A program made the translations under genes and the position numbers. The notes under the pieces are model-generated. The model did no database searches, was not told the origin of the DNA, and saw nothing but the letters and a program-made list of their open reading frames with translations. DNA of 64,000 nt from Cirrosporium novae-zelandiae. Taxonomy: Eukaryota. This document shows, one piece after another, positions 51,448-64,000 of this stretch; position 1 is the stretch's first letter, and every line of letters starts with the position of its first letter. Where the stretch lies: the NCBI GenBank assembly GCA_026023565.1, contig JAPETS010000066.1, forward strand, positions 1 to 64,000, in the 5' to 3' direction.

Positions 51448-54400
51448 ATGTTTGAAGTAGGTGATAAAAGGTTTACTACATAATCGGAAAATATTAGTCT
51501 GTTGTTGTGAAGTCAAGTGATGAATGGCGACAAGAACATAGTGACGTCGCAGGAGAATTAAGGATCTTACTCACAGAGAATATTCTAAGGATAGGTAGGA
51601 TGAGAAGAAGGAATAGGTGAGGGAGAATGAAGCTCACTAGGACTCGATGAACTTTGTGGAAAAGATCAAACGGGTAAGTTAGAAGTTGATGAGCCTTGAA
51701 GGTCTAGAAGTGAGGACGAGAGAAACAAAAGAAGTTTGGTTATAGGAACAGCGGTTTTAAAAAAAAAAGAGCTCCAAGGCCGAGTTGTGAGGTGGGACGA
51801 AATTCTAGGATTTCTGGGATCAAAATTCAAGCACTTCCGTAACTTCTTTCAGGAACCGGCTATCTCCTTCTCCAATCGGGTATTCACAACTTTACAGGGT
51901 CTGACAGATGTCTAAATGCCTCTCCCCATCTAATCTGTGCTCGTGCTGAGTGAATAATGAATTGACCTGTAGTATATCTTGTGATATTTTCTTTTTATAT
52001 AAAAGAAGAATACCTGACAAGTGACTTAAGGGGTTGTTTGATATAGTATTCACCAAGACTGAACAATCTATTTTATTTTATATTTTCGTTGGTCTTGGGA
52101 AGTGAATTGAATTATCGGGGAAAAGTTGGTGCGCAGCTTAAAATCTTCTTATCAGTCGTCTCTCGTCTGTTAAGCGAAAATAATAATTACTGTAAGCGAG
52201 AAAGCGTCAGTGTGCCAATGTCAGTCAAACTACCCCAGACTTTCCACGCGTGCCAGGTCATCTTGCCTTCCATTCCTTTATACCCGCCCGCCTCTGGAAC
52301 GGAACAAAACGATAGAGAAACTTACCGTTTTTATCTTCTATACTCTTGCCGCCTTAATATCTTTCCGCCTCAGCAGCTCTCATCTTCAACCTCGACCTCG
52401 TAACGCCATCCATCATATTGCATCCAAAACTCGCCGTTTCCTCCTATTCAAAGCTTTCGGTGCTATTCCGTATAAATGTGTTAAGAGACAGTTTTTATCC
52501 ATGTGGAAGAAAGGGCTGTTACGTCTTGCTCTCCCGAACCACACATTTCGATATACAAGTGCTGAAACTCATCCGTGATAAAGCTACTCCATACAACATA
52601 CGTGATAGTCAAAATAATCGCCCGGTATATCCTGAAAACGTGGGATGAAGGAAACCACTTCATAATGTGCCTTGGATGAAATGTGCATTTGACGGAAGAC
52701 GTTGGTCAAGAGAACAAAATATAAACATTCAATCAGGAATACTGTCGAATCTCGCTATAATTCTTTGTTCCTGTGAACAACATTGACAAATATACTGCTT
52801 ACACCTCACTTTTGAGGAGGAATTTAAAGAAAGGAGCTTTCGTCAGAATTCACAGAAAGTAGCAACTCTCTATATCAGCAACGTCAAAATCGTATGCGTT
52901 CCAACAACTCTCTCAGTATTAGGGATGAGATCCACCGAGAGTCAACGCTCCTCCTATACCAACACCCAATTGGATCAAGTGTCCAGAGAAATGCAAGTTT
53001 CCTCGGACCTATTGGCCGCATATAACAAACATGTGTAGGTGAAGTGTTACACATATTTACTTTAGGATGGCACCATAAGTTGCGACTACCTCGACCACAA
53101 CTATCCCTAGTTTTTTCAACATAGTAAGCTAACGTGTATGTATAATGAAATTGACAACACCTGATATAAGAGGTATGACTTGACCAGAATTTCAGGAGCC
53201 GCGACTTTTATCTTTTCATGCAAATAAAATAACAGCAGCATGCAGTGTAAAGGTAATCATAAATTGCAGGTATTAGTGTCGGAAACACCCGTACCACAAC
53301 GTTTAAAAGAAAAAATATGATTGAAACATCGTACAATATGCATCAGGGATTGGGGATAGAACGAATCTGTGGCGGATCTTCAGCCCCGACATTAATTATG
53401 TTTGTACCTCGAGGGCTTATATACCATATACAATGACAAGGTATTCCAGCAGAATTTTTATCAAATGCGGCACAGTTCCTGCCGTATTCCCTTGTGAACC
53501 ACAATCGCAATTTAATCGGTGGTCTTGAACACCGAGACATATGGCTTATAGAAGATCTGCATAATACCATCCGACATTGGTAATGGATGCCTTCAAAGGT
53601 CGGCTCCGATAGCGCATTCCTCGACATTGAATTAGTAGCTTCGTGCCGTGCCTCGGAGTATAAATGTGGCATACCGCTACCTCAAAGCTAATGTGGTCAT
53701 GAAAGAAGCCAACTTTTGAGGTAGCTGTTGGCTTCTTGAACCTGATTATAGGACCAAAACTGCAATGAATAATGTTAAGTAATAGAAATACAATTTGACG
53801 TGCCTGGTTCCATATAGGATACTGGAATATTTCTCCATCCACCCACTGTGGAAAGTTTCAGAGCGTTAATGACGCTTCGGAACCAAAGCATTTATCCTTG
53901 GTGCATCCGCTTTCTTTTCCGGTAGCATGATTATTGTTCAAAAAGTTTATTCTGGCATCATTTCCTCCTGTTATTATTTATCTTGACCCACCTACTTGCT
54001 GATTGCTGCTCATCTTCTATCCTTATATCTCCAATTTTAGATTGATATACATTTACCAATCGTTGCATAATCTAACCCCTTCGATGAAGCTCAGCATAAG
54101 CCAACGTGATTTTCAATTTTGCATTGCATTCAGGTACCTCTCGGTATTTCACATTTATTCCTTCAAGGGAAGGCGATCCAGAATCTGTTCGATCCGAGGT
54201 TGTTAATCAAGGGACAATTGTTTACCCCCAATATTTTTCTGTAAGCTAGATATTTTCTTAGGTCTAACTCCTCAAGTGCCATTCTGTTTCTGATTTCTCC
54301 GCATGTTTGTTGATGTAAGGAGATCTAATGATATTACTTACTGAGGTCGAAGAAACAAAATGGGGCAAAGCTATCCCCCAACTAACTGTCCGACAAGACT

Positions 54401-56904
54401 GGGAGCTCCCAGCTTTGAGACATATTTATCGAGGATCTATGATTATAGTTAGCGCAGGAAGTTGATTGCCAAGTTAGGATATTTAAAAGGCTAGTGCCGT
54501 TGATAACCTCTAGCTTCGGAAAGGTTGTGGGGAGCTTAGAATAGTCTGGCGTTTGTATAACTCTGAGAAGCGTTAATGGGAGTGAGTATAGGATGGGATT
54601 TACGGGGGATCAATAAAAGCATACTAACCAGATATGTGGAGCTATTATGGTGGATGAGAGGTAGTCGTGGTTGCATATGATTATGGATAGTTGTTTGGGG
54701 CATAGCATACCAGAGGTCTCTTTGAAGAATATCAGCATCGGAATGTATACCAAAGTTTTATGAGGTAGGTGATTGCAATAAAAATACTGCTGAGAAGATG
54801 GTCTGCGATTGCTTTCTTGATCTTATCTTGTAGGACTGGGGGAAGAAGAAGAAGAAACTGAAATTTATTCACTATTTGGTCATGTGAAAAAAATCTGCAT
54901 AGTACTTGAAGGTTTGTGCCAATGAGTTCAAATACGAACGACTGACTGACAGCGACCTCGAGATTTTGGGGACTCACATGAACGATTGACATTTGTGCCT
55001 TATATCTATTTAAGACCTTTGCATACGGCATTAATCTATATTTTTGTTAATCCGAACTGCTTTTATTTCTATGATTTTAATATGGTGGGGTGTGGATTGA
55101 GGGGACGTATTAACACCAAGTAGAGTCCAGCTGTTAGGAGTGACATAGCCTTTGGGATGAATTTATGTTATCTAAAGAATTCTCTCAGTAAGTATAATAT
55201 ATTTTACTCTACCCACAATAATAAATAAATGACAAGAAAAAGCCATTGTTCAAATATCGATGATGTTACGACGAGCTTCTCCTATTTAACACCAACAACA
55301 TTGCAGTACTGATTCATGATCACCAACCTAAACCACAAAAACAAATTAACGAAACAGTTGAAAATGCTAGAAGCAGTCCCTTCTTTGGTCTTATGCACTG
55401 ACTGTGTTCCATACATTTCTTAAATTTATTGGCAACTGATGATGTAAGACTGCGAGCACTCTGCCACTTATATTCTTTGGGTGGAAGGTATTAATATTAC
55501 ACTCTATTCCCTTTCGTTATCATTTCCCTCCCCTTTCCCCTTAAAAAGAACTTCCCTTAGATGTTCTTTTCTTTTATTATTCCCTTGTAGACATTAAATT
55601 GAACCATATCCCTTGAGCTATCATCTGTAAACTATATGCTTTAGTCAGTTAAGATGCATTATAATTTAACTCCACCACTTTTATCAGCCTGCTCTCTATG
55701 CCTTCTATTCAGCAGCGCTTCCCCAGTTGAACAAACCTCCGAGCTCGTATCTGTTATTGTCGATAATATGCCCTAGGACACTTTCTAATCAGATGTTGGA
55801 GCTAATATACGACATGTCATTGTTAGCAGTATTCTGAAGAAATCATATATCACTATTAAAAACAACCTAAGTCTACTATCAAGGGCTCGCCTATTCAACA
55901 TGCTCGCATTACACCCTATCCTCAGAAGCAGACTGATGATTATCAAGACTATTTCCCTGCATCAGTACACCATGACCAAGCGCATCTTTAGTAGTCCATG
56001 AAATTAGAAGACAAGAAATTGAATTTCGCCCTTACTAGTGCTAAGCATGTCTATATGCACGAGAGGATAGTAGAACATGTATAGAAGGTTTTGTGTATAG
56101 TTAAGCTAGCATATTACGTGTGATAAACACGTTAATTATCTTATCTTACCTCTACTTCCGTGAAGATATTGTATTATAGAAATATCTGAAAACCAGAGAA
56201 ACTTTGATTCATTTCCCCTAGATGCATCGACGTTGCTCTTCTTCAAATGCTGTTTACCTTATTTCACCCCGATCCTGTCGTAGTTTTAGGGTCTGTGGGA
56301 CGAATTAACCAAGACAGATCCTCGTCTTAATATTTGATTCCCTCCAATTTAACCACATTTAAGCAATTAGTCCTTCATTATCTTTGCTGCGAGGTATGAT
56401 GAACTAAAATTAATCCGTCCTCCTCACCCACGTCGTCTGCAAGCTCATCCTCATCTAGGACATAGCTAAGCCCTTCTCCATGGAATCTTCTTCGGAAATT
56501 GTTTGTTTCATCCCCATCTCCCTATGTTACCAACTCGTCCTCGGCTCAGCATATATCCTATCTTTATATTGAACCCAGATTCCACTGTTTAGGCGAAGAA
56601 ACTACCTTCGGCTCCTTAAAGTCGGTCCAATTCATTGACGGTATGTGGGGCGTTTGTAAAGATGCTATCATCGAACTATGTTCTTTGGAGTTCTGTAACG
56701 CCGGGAGTAGGTTCGTAGCAGGGTTGGTCGGCCACGCTATACCCCCCGATTCTTACATCATGGTACCGCAAAGAGGAATGGATTGAAGTTAAGACTCCAA
56801 ATTCAAAACTATGGTTCAGTGGATACAGGAACCACATTTGTATATATGACATTGTAGATCTGCCAGTGTATGATTTACTCAATTCCCACAAAGCCTGCAC
56901 CGTA

Positions 56905-58608
56905 TCATCGGAAATCATATACCTTCAGGCTTTGCGCTCCTTCGGGCCGTTTCTCCTTGAGTACAACAACTTGCTCGTCGTTGAAACCAATCCAGCTATG
57001 ACTGAAGTTGATGGGAAGTTCATGAGCTGTATTCATTTCTTGAAAGGCAAGGCCGATACCACGGCCACGGGAGTGAAGGGCAGGATTCAAGAGAGTAAGT
57101 GCTTCGTGACCAGAGGAGGTAGCCTCTTCTGTACGGTCCGCTTCGTCTTCATCGTCATCCGAGCTTGATAAGCATGAAGTAGGGATAGGGTTGGGTTTTA
57201 CTACCACACTTCTAAACCCTTTTTGTCGTGCTTTTACACCGCCAGCCATAACGAGATCCTCTAGTTCCCAAACCCGCATCTCCTCACCAATAGTACTGAT
57301 AGATACAGCTTTTCCGCGGTCACTAATATACGCACCAGATATTGAGGATGTGTGACCCCACAGGCGACGAGCTGAACTGATGCGAAGGGAATCTGGTGTC
57401 GACGAAGCAAGATATAGCGATAGAGTGTTATCTGCATGAGAAAGGAGGATATATGGGTGTGTATAGGAAAGCGAAGTTGGATGGCTATTATTAGCGACAA
57501 AGGGCGAGAAATTGGTGTTTATGGAATTTAAGAGGTCGACAGGGATACGGGGGCGGGGTTCCTCATCTGCAGCACTGGCAAGACGTGATTGTATAGTTTT
57601 TCCAGATGGATTCATAAGAATTTCTTGGAGACCAACAGTCCACCCAGTGAACGGGGTGGCAAATGCGTAGGCAATGGAAGCTTTGATGCCTTTGGATGTA
57701 GGTCGAATCGAAAGGGAAAGTGGGTCGCCCACAGTATGCGATTTGAGAGATGTCAGGAGAGTTGGCTTTCTATCTATATCGGAGAGGCTGTAAAGAGAGA
57801 GAAGTCGAGCACCTGTCATGGTGAGAAGGAATGGGTGGGAGTATGCGATGGCGGAAAGAACACCAGTGGAAGAAGGATGTGAGTATCTGCGAATAAACTG
57901 TCTATCATTTGAAGAGTATTGGAAAAGATCAAAGCCGCCATCTTGAAAGCCTACGGCCACACGAGTTATATCTTCATTTTTGTACTGCGTGTCCACTGCA
58001 AGTGATGATGGTTTTCTAGGGTCAACAGCTCCTCTGTCATTTTCGAAAGTTATACTTCCATGAAGAGCCCGATTGTTCTTTAACGACCACGCTCTAAGAC
58101 CTAATGTGGAATCCACTGTAAATGCAAAACCTTTGTGTAGCCGTACGAGTAGAGGAGGGGTTGGCCGATGTTCTGATAGCTGGACTTCGGAGATGTTACA
58201 GCATCCCTTTGACCAGTTATGACGTAACTTATATTGCCTCTTCCAATTTGTATTCATGCCTCTCTTCACAAGATGGTCATCATCAAGCCATTTCGAAAGT
58301 TTAGAGGAAAATAGTAAGGATTGGGACGATGTCGCACTCTCCTTAATCCCTGGTATCCTGGCGGCTCGAGGCCTCACGAAGCGAGTATAGTAGGCCGCTT
58401 TCCAAAGCTGAGGATCGCCTGCGAGGATATAAAAACGGCGAGATAGTTTCTGACACTGCGCCAAGGTGTATGTAGGAAGTTGGCTTAGTATTTTTAAGAG
58501 CAACTCGTCGCTCAATGATGAGAGGCGGTCTGGATGTAGAGGCCGATGCCGCTTGGGGGATGGTTTTTCTATTTCATTATCGTTTTGATTTCGATTTCGT
58601 TTCACCAT
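56905..58608 (-). CDS. F-box protein with WD40-like C-terminal region (intronless)
   Basis: DRLSSLSDELLLKILSQLPTYTLAQCQKLSRRFYILAGDPQLWK F-box, WKRQYKLRHNWSKG, RLWGHTSSISG...MRVWELE. Confidence 0.9.
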   Translation of the reverse strand: MVKRNRNQNDNEIEKPSPKRHRPLHPDRLSSLSDELLLKILSQLPTYTLAQCQKLSRRFYILAGDPQLWKAAYYTRFVRPRAARIPGIKESATSSQSLLFSSKLSKWLDDDHLVKRGMNTNWKRQYKLRHNWSKGCCNISEVQLSEHRPTPPLLVRLHKGFAFTVDSTLGLRAWSLKNNRALHGSITFENDRGAVDPRKPSSLAVDTQYKNEDITRVAVGFQDGGFDLFQYSSNDRQFIRRYSHPSSTGVLSAIAYSHPFLLTMTGARLLSLYSLSDIDRKPTLLTSLKSHTVGDPLSLSIRPTSKGIKASIAYAFATPFTGWTVGLQEILMNPSGKTIQSRLASAADEEPRPRIPVDLLNSINTNFSPFVANNSHPTSLSYTHPYILLSHADNTLSLYLASSTPDSLRISSARRLWGHTSSISGAYISDRGKAVSISTIGEEMRVWELEDLVMAGGVKARQKGFRSVVVKPNPIPTSCLSSSDDDEDEADRTEEATSSGHEALTLLNPALHSRGRGIGLAFQEMNTAHELPINFSHSWIGFNDEQVVVLKEKRPEGAQSLKVYDFR

Positions 58609-58917
58609 GATCAGTATTATCGTGGGGAATTTAATGTTATATATTAAGCAGAACCAAAGATCCGGTGAGGAAACAAAATAAATACCATAGATACCTGAAT
58701 CATAGTCTGAACAAAGAAGAAATTCCATTTATCGTTATCGAGGCTTACCTAATACAGTTAGTTACAACTGTATATTACACCGGAAATTATTTACGTCACG
58801 TTTCGTCTTGTCCAAACTTCTCGTGTTCCAACTACCCATAATTATATAAGTAGTCTTGTTACGTGATTTGGCCCTATCTAAAATATCCATCAGACAACGA
58901 CATTATATATCAATCCA

Positions 58918-61410
58918 ATGGACTCCCTTCAGAGACATAAAAACTTTCTTTCTGATATTATCAAGCAAGAATGTGATCGCCTCGAGGAAGAATGGAAGGA
59001 ATACCTCGCTCAGAGTAAGCGCTCCAGTTGCAATGTTTCTTGTCTAACCTAATAAAGTTGAGTAGGAGAAGAAATATGTGCCCAAGAGAAGACAAGGCTA
59101 CTTGAAGAAATAAAGAACCTCGAACGAAATGAAGCGCAGCTTAATGAGATCCAACGAGAACGAGGTCTATTGTCCCACCCCCCACCAAATAGACCACCTT
59201 CTAGCGCCAGCATCGATGTAAATACAGAGAAGTCTAGAGGAGATGTCACGGGTGGGCTACATGCTCTACAGGTAAAAGCAAACCCCGTCGACGGTCTCGA
59301 AAAGATGAACCAACAGCTCCAAGAAGATGCCCAAGGAACGATGACCCAATTACAGATGCAAAGTCGTAAATTTCGTGAAAGGCTTGAGAATAGAGCGCAG
59401 GAAAGTGCACAACTTTTAGAGGAGAATCGGAAACTCTCACGACAAATTGAAACCCTACAGAATGAGGTAACTCGTATAGGTGAACTTGAAAGAGAAAACC
59501 ACCATCTCCGGGCAGAGGCAGGCATGGAGCATGCAAATTTGACGGAGGTACACGATTGTTTTAAGAATGATGAAAATAAATCTAGTGGGACCCCCAGGCA
59601 GGAAATTTCTTCTAGTGAGGAATCTCATGGAAGTGTGAAAGCCTTTCGGTCCAGTGGTTACGAGTCTAATACAACCGCTTCACCTAGTGATGGCTACCAT
59701 CGGCTTTCTTGCAAATATAATGAACTTAGGGATAGTAACAAAGAATTACAAAGAGCTTTCGATGCGCTGTGCAAGAAGAATAGAGAATACAAAGATGTGG
59801 TAAAGTCATGGCAGGCTTGGGCAGAAAGGCTCAAGGGGAAAGAACAAAAGCGAAAGCAGGTCCGCCAACAGAATCCTACTATCGAGATACATGACCAGAT
59901 CCCAGGCATCTTCATGCCAGAACATGCCTTAGCATCAGACCTCGTGTCAGATGCTAAGGCATCGCCTGCGTTTAAGATACCCAAAGGTCTCAATCCCGTT
60001 GATACTGGGGATATTCCTGCTCTGAATCCAGATTTAGATACAATCGATATCCCAGAGGTTGTGTCTTCGCGGAAGTTGAAACGAAAACGCCCTACGCCTA
60101 CAAATCAAGCCAAAGTGCAAACTGGACAGATATCCACCCCTGGCACTGATAACAACGGAGGGTCAATACAAATAAAAGAGGAACCCGTGTCTAGTCCTCT
60201 CGATTCAGTCAGAGTCCGAGAACTCCAAGGACCTCAAGAAAGTATTGACTTGGATGCCTTTGTAGATAGTCGAGCGACAACGCCTAAAAAGCGACGAAGA
60301 GTTGAAAAGTAGGCCCCGTCTTTTAAAAACCTTTCAGCTGAATGTTGTATTAGTGAGCTAAGTAGTTCGTTTTCAAGATCTCCAAGCCCGACTCGACCGT
60401 CGACTACAGATTCCCCGGCACCACCCCAACCCTTGGTTCCAAATCAACCCGTTTCTCAGTCTACAGCAAAACTCCAAAAGGCGAACCACCCTACCCCTTC
60501 GGAGGAAGAAAAGCGAAGAGAGGCTGCTTTGTTAATTTACGGAGAAAGCGGAGATGAAAATGCTAGTGATATAGGCCCTAAAAGGAGAAATGCCCCCAAA
60601 AAGATGCCAGATATGCTCAAGAGATTGAATCGACTTCTTGAGGGACCATCTCCAGAGAAGTCTCCTCTATCACTAGGAAGTATTCGAATACCCAGGGCTA
60701 AGAATCTTGAAGGTTCCAAATCACCACAACCTATTCCCCGGGCTAAGGGCAACGATGTTCGAGGTCGTGATGAAGCTGTTAGTCCAGGTGCTATTGACGT
60801 GACGGGGAAGAAAGTCAAGAATACAACGCCGAAACCGAGCTCAACTCGACCATCAAGAGGGCATGAAGCCAGAAATATTCCCCTCCGCGACAAACCCGTC
60901 GATCAGCTCGCCCTCTCCGACTTCAAACCGAATCCAAATTATAACCAAGGCCTCGACTTTGTCTTCACGGAAGTAGTTCGTAAGCACGACGAGCGAAAAA
61001 AGCTCCCCGGAACTGTGCGCCCCGAATTCCTCAAAATGGCCGAATTAGGCCAACTTCCCCCAGATATGGAAACAACAAAAAGCAAGCAATCGCGCGCGGC
61101 AGAGGACGACATCCTACACACTCACCTCGGGCTCAACTACTTTGAGATTCGGGGTCTCTCTCCTGATGACCGCCGACGCCATCTCCTTGACGCGCAAGCG
61201 AAGGAATATGCAGATAAATTTGGACGACAACGACAGGCATACGAGCGAGCAAAGTCGCCCGAGGGGTTTTGGAATGTTGATTTTCCGACTACGCAGGAAG
61301 AGCAAGAGAGTCGTGAGGCTGCGGAAAAAAGGGAGAGGGAGGAGATTGAGAAGAGGGCCAGGGAAGCAAGAAAGGGGGCCGGGGCGTGGGTTTTTAGGGA
61401 TGAGTTTTGA
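58918..61410 (+). CDS. SAE2: Sae2/CtIP/Ctp1-like DNA end-resection factor; introns 59015-59065 and ~60309-60378
   Basis: N-terminal coiled coil; C-terminal LSDFKPNPNYNQGLDFVFTEVVRK...FGRQRQAYERAKSPEGFWNVDFPTTQE matches the Sae2/CtIP C-terminal domain with its CDK S/T-P site. Confidence 0.85.
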
Positions 61411-62009
61411 ATGGGTTGGGTGGCTTTGGGAATACAGAGGAAGCAAGATGGGTTTTTGTTCATGGGTTGGTATTAGGTCTATACTGAGAATTCTTGTGTC
61501 ATCGTAGCTGACATTCTCGTACATAAATTACCTAGGTAATCTTGGTAACTTTCTTAATTGATACCAACAAATTATCAAATCATCAAAAACTTTACGATGA
61601 TGGGAGTTGATTAGTTTATAATTATTACTGATTAATTACAAGCGAAGCACGCATAGAATATGGTATCTATTTTTGCCTTCACAGATGATTAAAATTCCCG
61701 TGATTATGTAGGCACGTGTGGTAGGCTTTTTTTCATGTCGATTGCTGTACTACTTGTGTACGGGATGTAAGCATTTTGGCAGCACGGTTGGATCTAGATA
61801 TTAGTTAGCCATGATCGGTAGCTGTTCTTCCTCTTTCTTTCACGCATTTACAAGGACTATTGGCAAGGGTTCATTTTGAGATCCAAATATGATCAATGTG
61901 AATAATTAAACCATCTGTTATTCGTTAATTCTGAATTTGATCCACTTGCAAGTAAATAAATTGCATTTAGTCATCAATACCACAGTATCAACATATTCAT
62001 CATCTCAGG

Positions 62010-63030
62010 TTAAGATACTCCATTCATATCCGCCTCGGCCACTAACCCCTTCCCCATATCAACATAATCCAACAAAACAACATTCGGATTTCGGTTGTAC
62101 AACCCCTCGCAAATGGTCGCTTGAGCTTCAATGCTAGCGACGGAGTTGGTGGTCCCTGCCACAAGCTCATATGGAATATAAATGCCCAAGATGTCAATAT
62201 CAAGAAAGTGGTTAACGATGTACATGCGGCCTGTGGCGGAGGCGCCTGAGGGGCGATCGATGCTGCAGTCAGGGAAGGAGGAGTCGGTTACATCGTATGA
62301 GGTCTCGAAGTAGTAGTTGAATTCGTCGAGGATATAGGATACTTCGGATTCATCTGCGTTATAATCTGTTTGAGATGTTAACGCGCTGCATAACTCTAGA
62401 GTGGGAGGAGAATTGTGGCGGCGGAGGTACGAACCCATGAAGACTATTAGACGGGTTCCATCATCTATGAGAGTTTGGAGGGTGGGCCAGGAGCTCATTG
62501 AGAGGGTTTTGGGACTCGTCGAAGGAGTGAAGGCATAAGAATCAAGACCGACGTCTTCAAAAATAGTGGCATACTCCGATATGTCGATGGCATCGCTATT
62601 TGTAAGAAGTAGTGTCACCACTTCATTTGCGTTGTCGTCAAGGAAGTCCTTGACGGTTGTTAGGTATGTCGCCAAAGTCCCGGAATCCAACTCAGAGCAT
62701 GTGGTGTGGCACATGCTAATAACATCATCATCATTTTTATGCGTCTGGAGAATGTTAGCTGCTACTGGTATATAGGTATATCTTGAAAATATCAACCTGG
62801 CCCTGCAGATACCGGTAGCCTTTGCTCAATTGCTTACTGACAGCCCAATGTTGGTTTTGAGTTAACAGATAACCGACAAAGGCCGAATCGTGTGCGCCGA
62901 CAAAAGTGACATTGGAGTATTTGCGGTCGCAAAGCTCGGCGTAGCCATTGCAAGTGGAGCTGCCCTTTACGGGATTTGATAGGAGAAAAGGCACAAGGCA
63001 AAGGCCTAGAGACAGAATGGAGGAAAACAT
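62010..63030 (-). CDS. Secreted PLC-like phosphodiesterase (PI-PLC X-domain family); 2 introns
   Basis: Signal peptide MFSSILSLGLCLVPFLL; CNGYAELCDRKYSNVTFVGAHDSAF, QLSKGYRYLQGQ/TH, MCHTTCSELDSG, EVVTLLLTN, WPTLQTLI, YIVNHFLD, RNPNVVLLDYVD. Confidence 0.9.
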
Positions 63031-63623
63031 ACTACTAAATTCACCACATAAAACTTCACGGCGACATCATTAGGATTAGCAGTAGGAGAACATGTATATA
63101 TACTGCGGATATGGACATGCGCCACATTGGGAAATGTGCTCTCGACGTCGCATCAAGCAATAGAAATGCAGTAAAGAGGGCAGAAAACATGATGGCTCAA
63201 TCAGGACCGAAACATCACGGCTCGTAGATAACGTTGCATGATAAAAGCACGAGGTTGGTTCAGAGGACCAAAAGCTCTCTTTCCTGGTCGAGCGGAACTG
63301 TGTTGACGTGCAAGCGCCGGCGATGTTTCGCGATGGGGTTGGATGACCTCGGGTTACTAAAACCAGGGGTGGGCGCACCAGTTATTCGCACATCAAATTA
63401 TAGTGGAATACGTTCCCCATACTACCCCATCGGCCGATTAGCTGAATCTTGACAGAATTTTTGACCATTTGAGCTGTTATCATCCTGGTGTGGTGTGTCC
63501 ATGTCAATATTGCCCATCCCAACATATATTTTGGTACACGCCATCTAGGTCGATATTTATTAATCTAATTATTGAAACAAATATTGAACAGTACTAAATA
63601 AACTATTACTCCGTCTTGCTCAT

Positions 63624-63986
63624 TTAATATATGTTACCCACCACACTTTTTAACCTGGTCAAGGTGGTCATGCCGTACTCTATTAAGCTCCCTCCGAAGT
63701 CTTTGAATGATGACCTACCGCGAATGACAATATACCCAAGCAAGATGGAGGTTGCCAATCGTGCCATGAGAGCCACCAAAGTCCCTTGGGTAATAAGGTC
63801 ATAATAGCCATCCAGCATAATGTCGACCGCGCTCAAAGGCCTTATTGACGTTCCTAATCCTGGGCTGTTCAGGACTTCTATGCTTATGTTATTATCTTTA
63901 TCATTGCCGTAATCCACGCTTGATCTTCTTATTGCCATATTCTCAGTAATTACTTGCGCTTTCTCTTGACGAAAAGAGTGAGTCAT
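63624..63986 (-). CDS. Hypothetical 120-aa protein with one possible TM segment
   Basis: ATG-started ORF with hydrophobic LVALMARLATSILLGYIVI; no recognisable family; lies at the window edge. Confidence 0.3.
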   Translation of the reverse strand: MTHSFRQEKAQVITENMAIRRSSVDYGNDKDNNISIEVLNSPGLGTSIRPLSAVDIMLDGYYDLITQGTLVALMARLATSILLGYIVIRGRSSFKDFGGSLIEYGMTTLTRLKSVVGNIY

Positions 63987-64000
63987 GAGGTGTATTATCC

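Noticed and set aside
54399..54412. 14-bp perfect palindrome CTGGGAGCTCCCAG
   Set aside because: A palindrome of this length is expected by chance in 64 kb; no supporting context.
58609..58728. Upstream in-frame ATG extension of the F-box ORF (607-aa call)
   Set aside because: The extension is AT-rich, promoter-like sequence; the ATG at 58608 (MVKRNR, NLS-like) is the more plausible start.

Overview
Eukaryotic genomic DNA from a filamentous ascomycete (Pezizomycotina-type proteins; short GT-AG introns with CTRAY branch points). It holds about 25 mostly spliced protein-coding genes. Housekeeping genes: RPN8, EDC4/Pdc1-like, BLCAP/BC10-like, M1 aminopeptidase, YPT1, RAD57, a WD40 gene, RAD51, IML2, NUP120/160, SEM1, PGK1, SYM1/MPV17-like, GIS2/CNBP, an F-box gene, SAE2/CtIP and a secreted PLC-like phosphodiesterase. 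There is also a divergent Zn2Cys6 TF / MFS transporter pair, several small orphan ORFs, and two gene-poor decayed zones (~44-50 kb, ~52-56.8 kb) that include a TmpA-like pseudogene with RIP-like mutations. The top finding is the first intervening sequence of YPT1, which reads as a nested spliceosomal twin intron (stwintron, [D3,4] type): its donor GTA|AGT is split by a complete 91-nt internal intron, and one-step use of the strong GTAAGT donor creates a stop codon. Other notable items are a Sae2 lacking its CxxC and RHR histidine zinc ligands, an obligatory GC-AG intron in the RAD57 Walker A motif, a candidate dual-targeted aminopeptidase, a CGG-N8-CCG site plus 9-bp repeats in the TF-MFS promoter, and two Cys-rich micro-proteins. 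No tRNA, rRNA, CRISPR array or intact transposon was recognised. Gene identities come from recognising protein motifs by eye; no database search was run.
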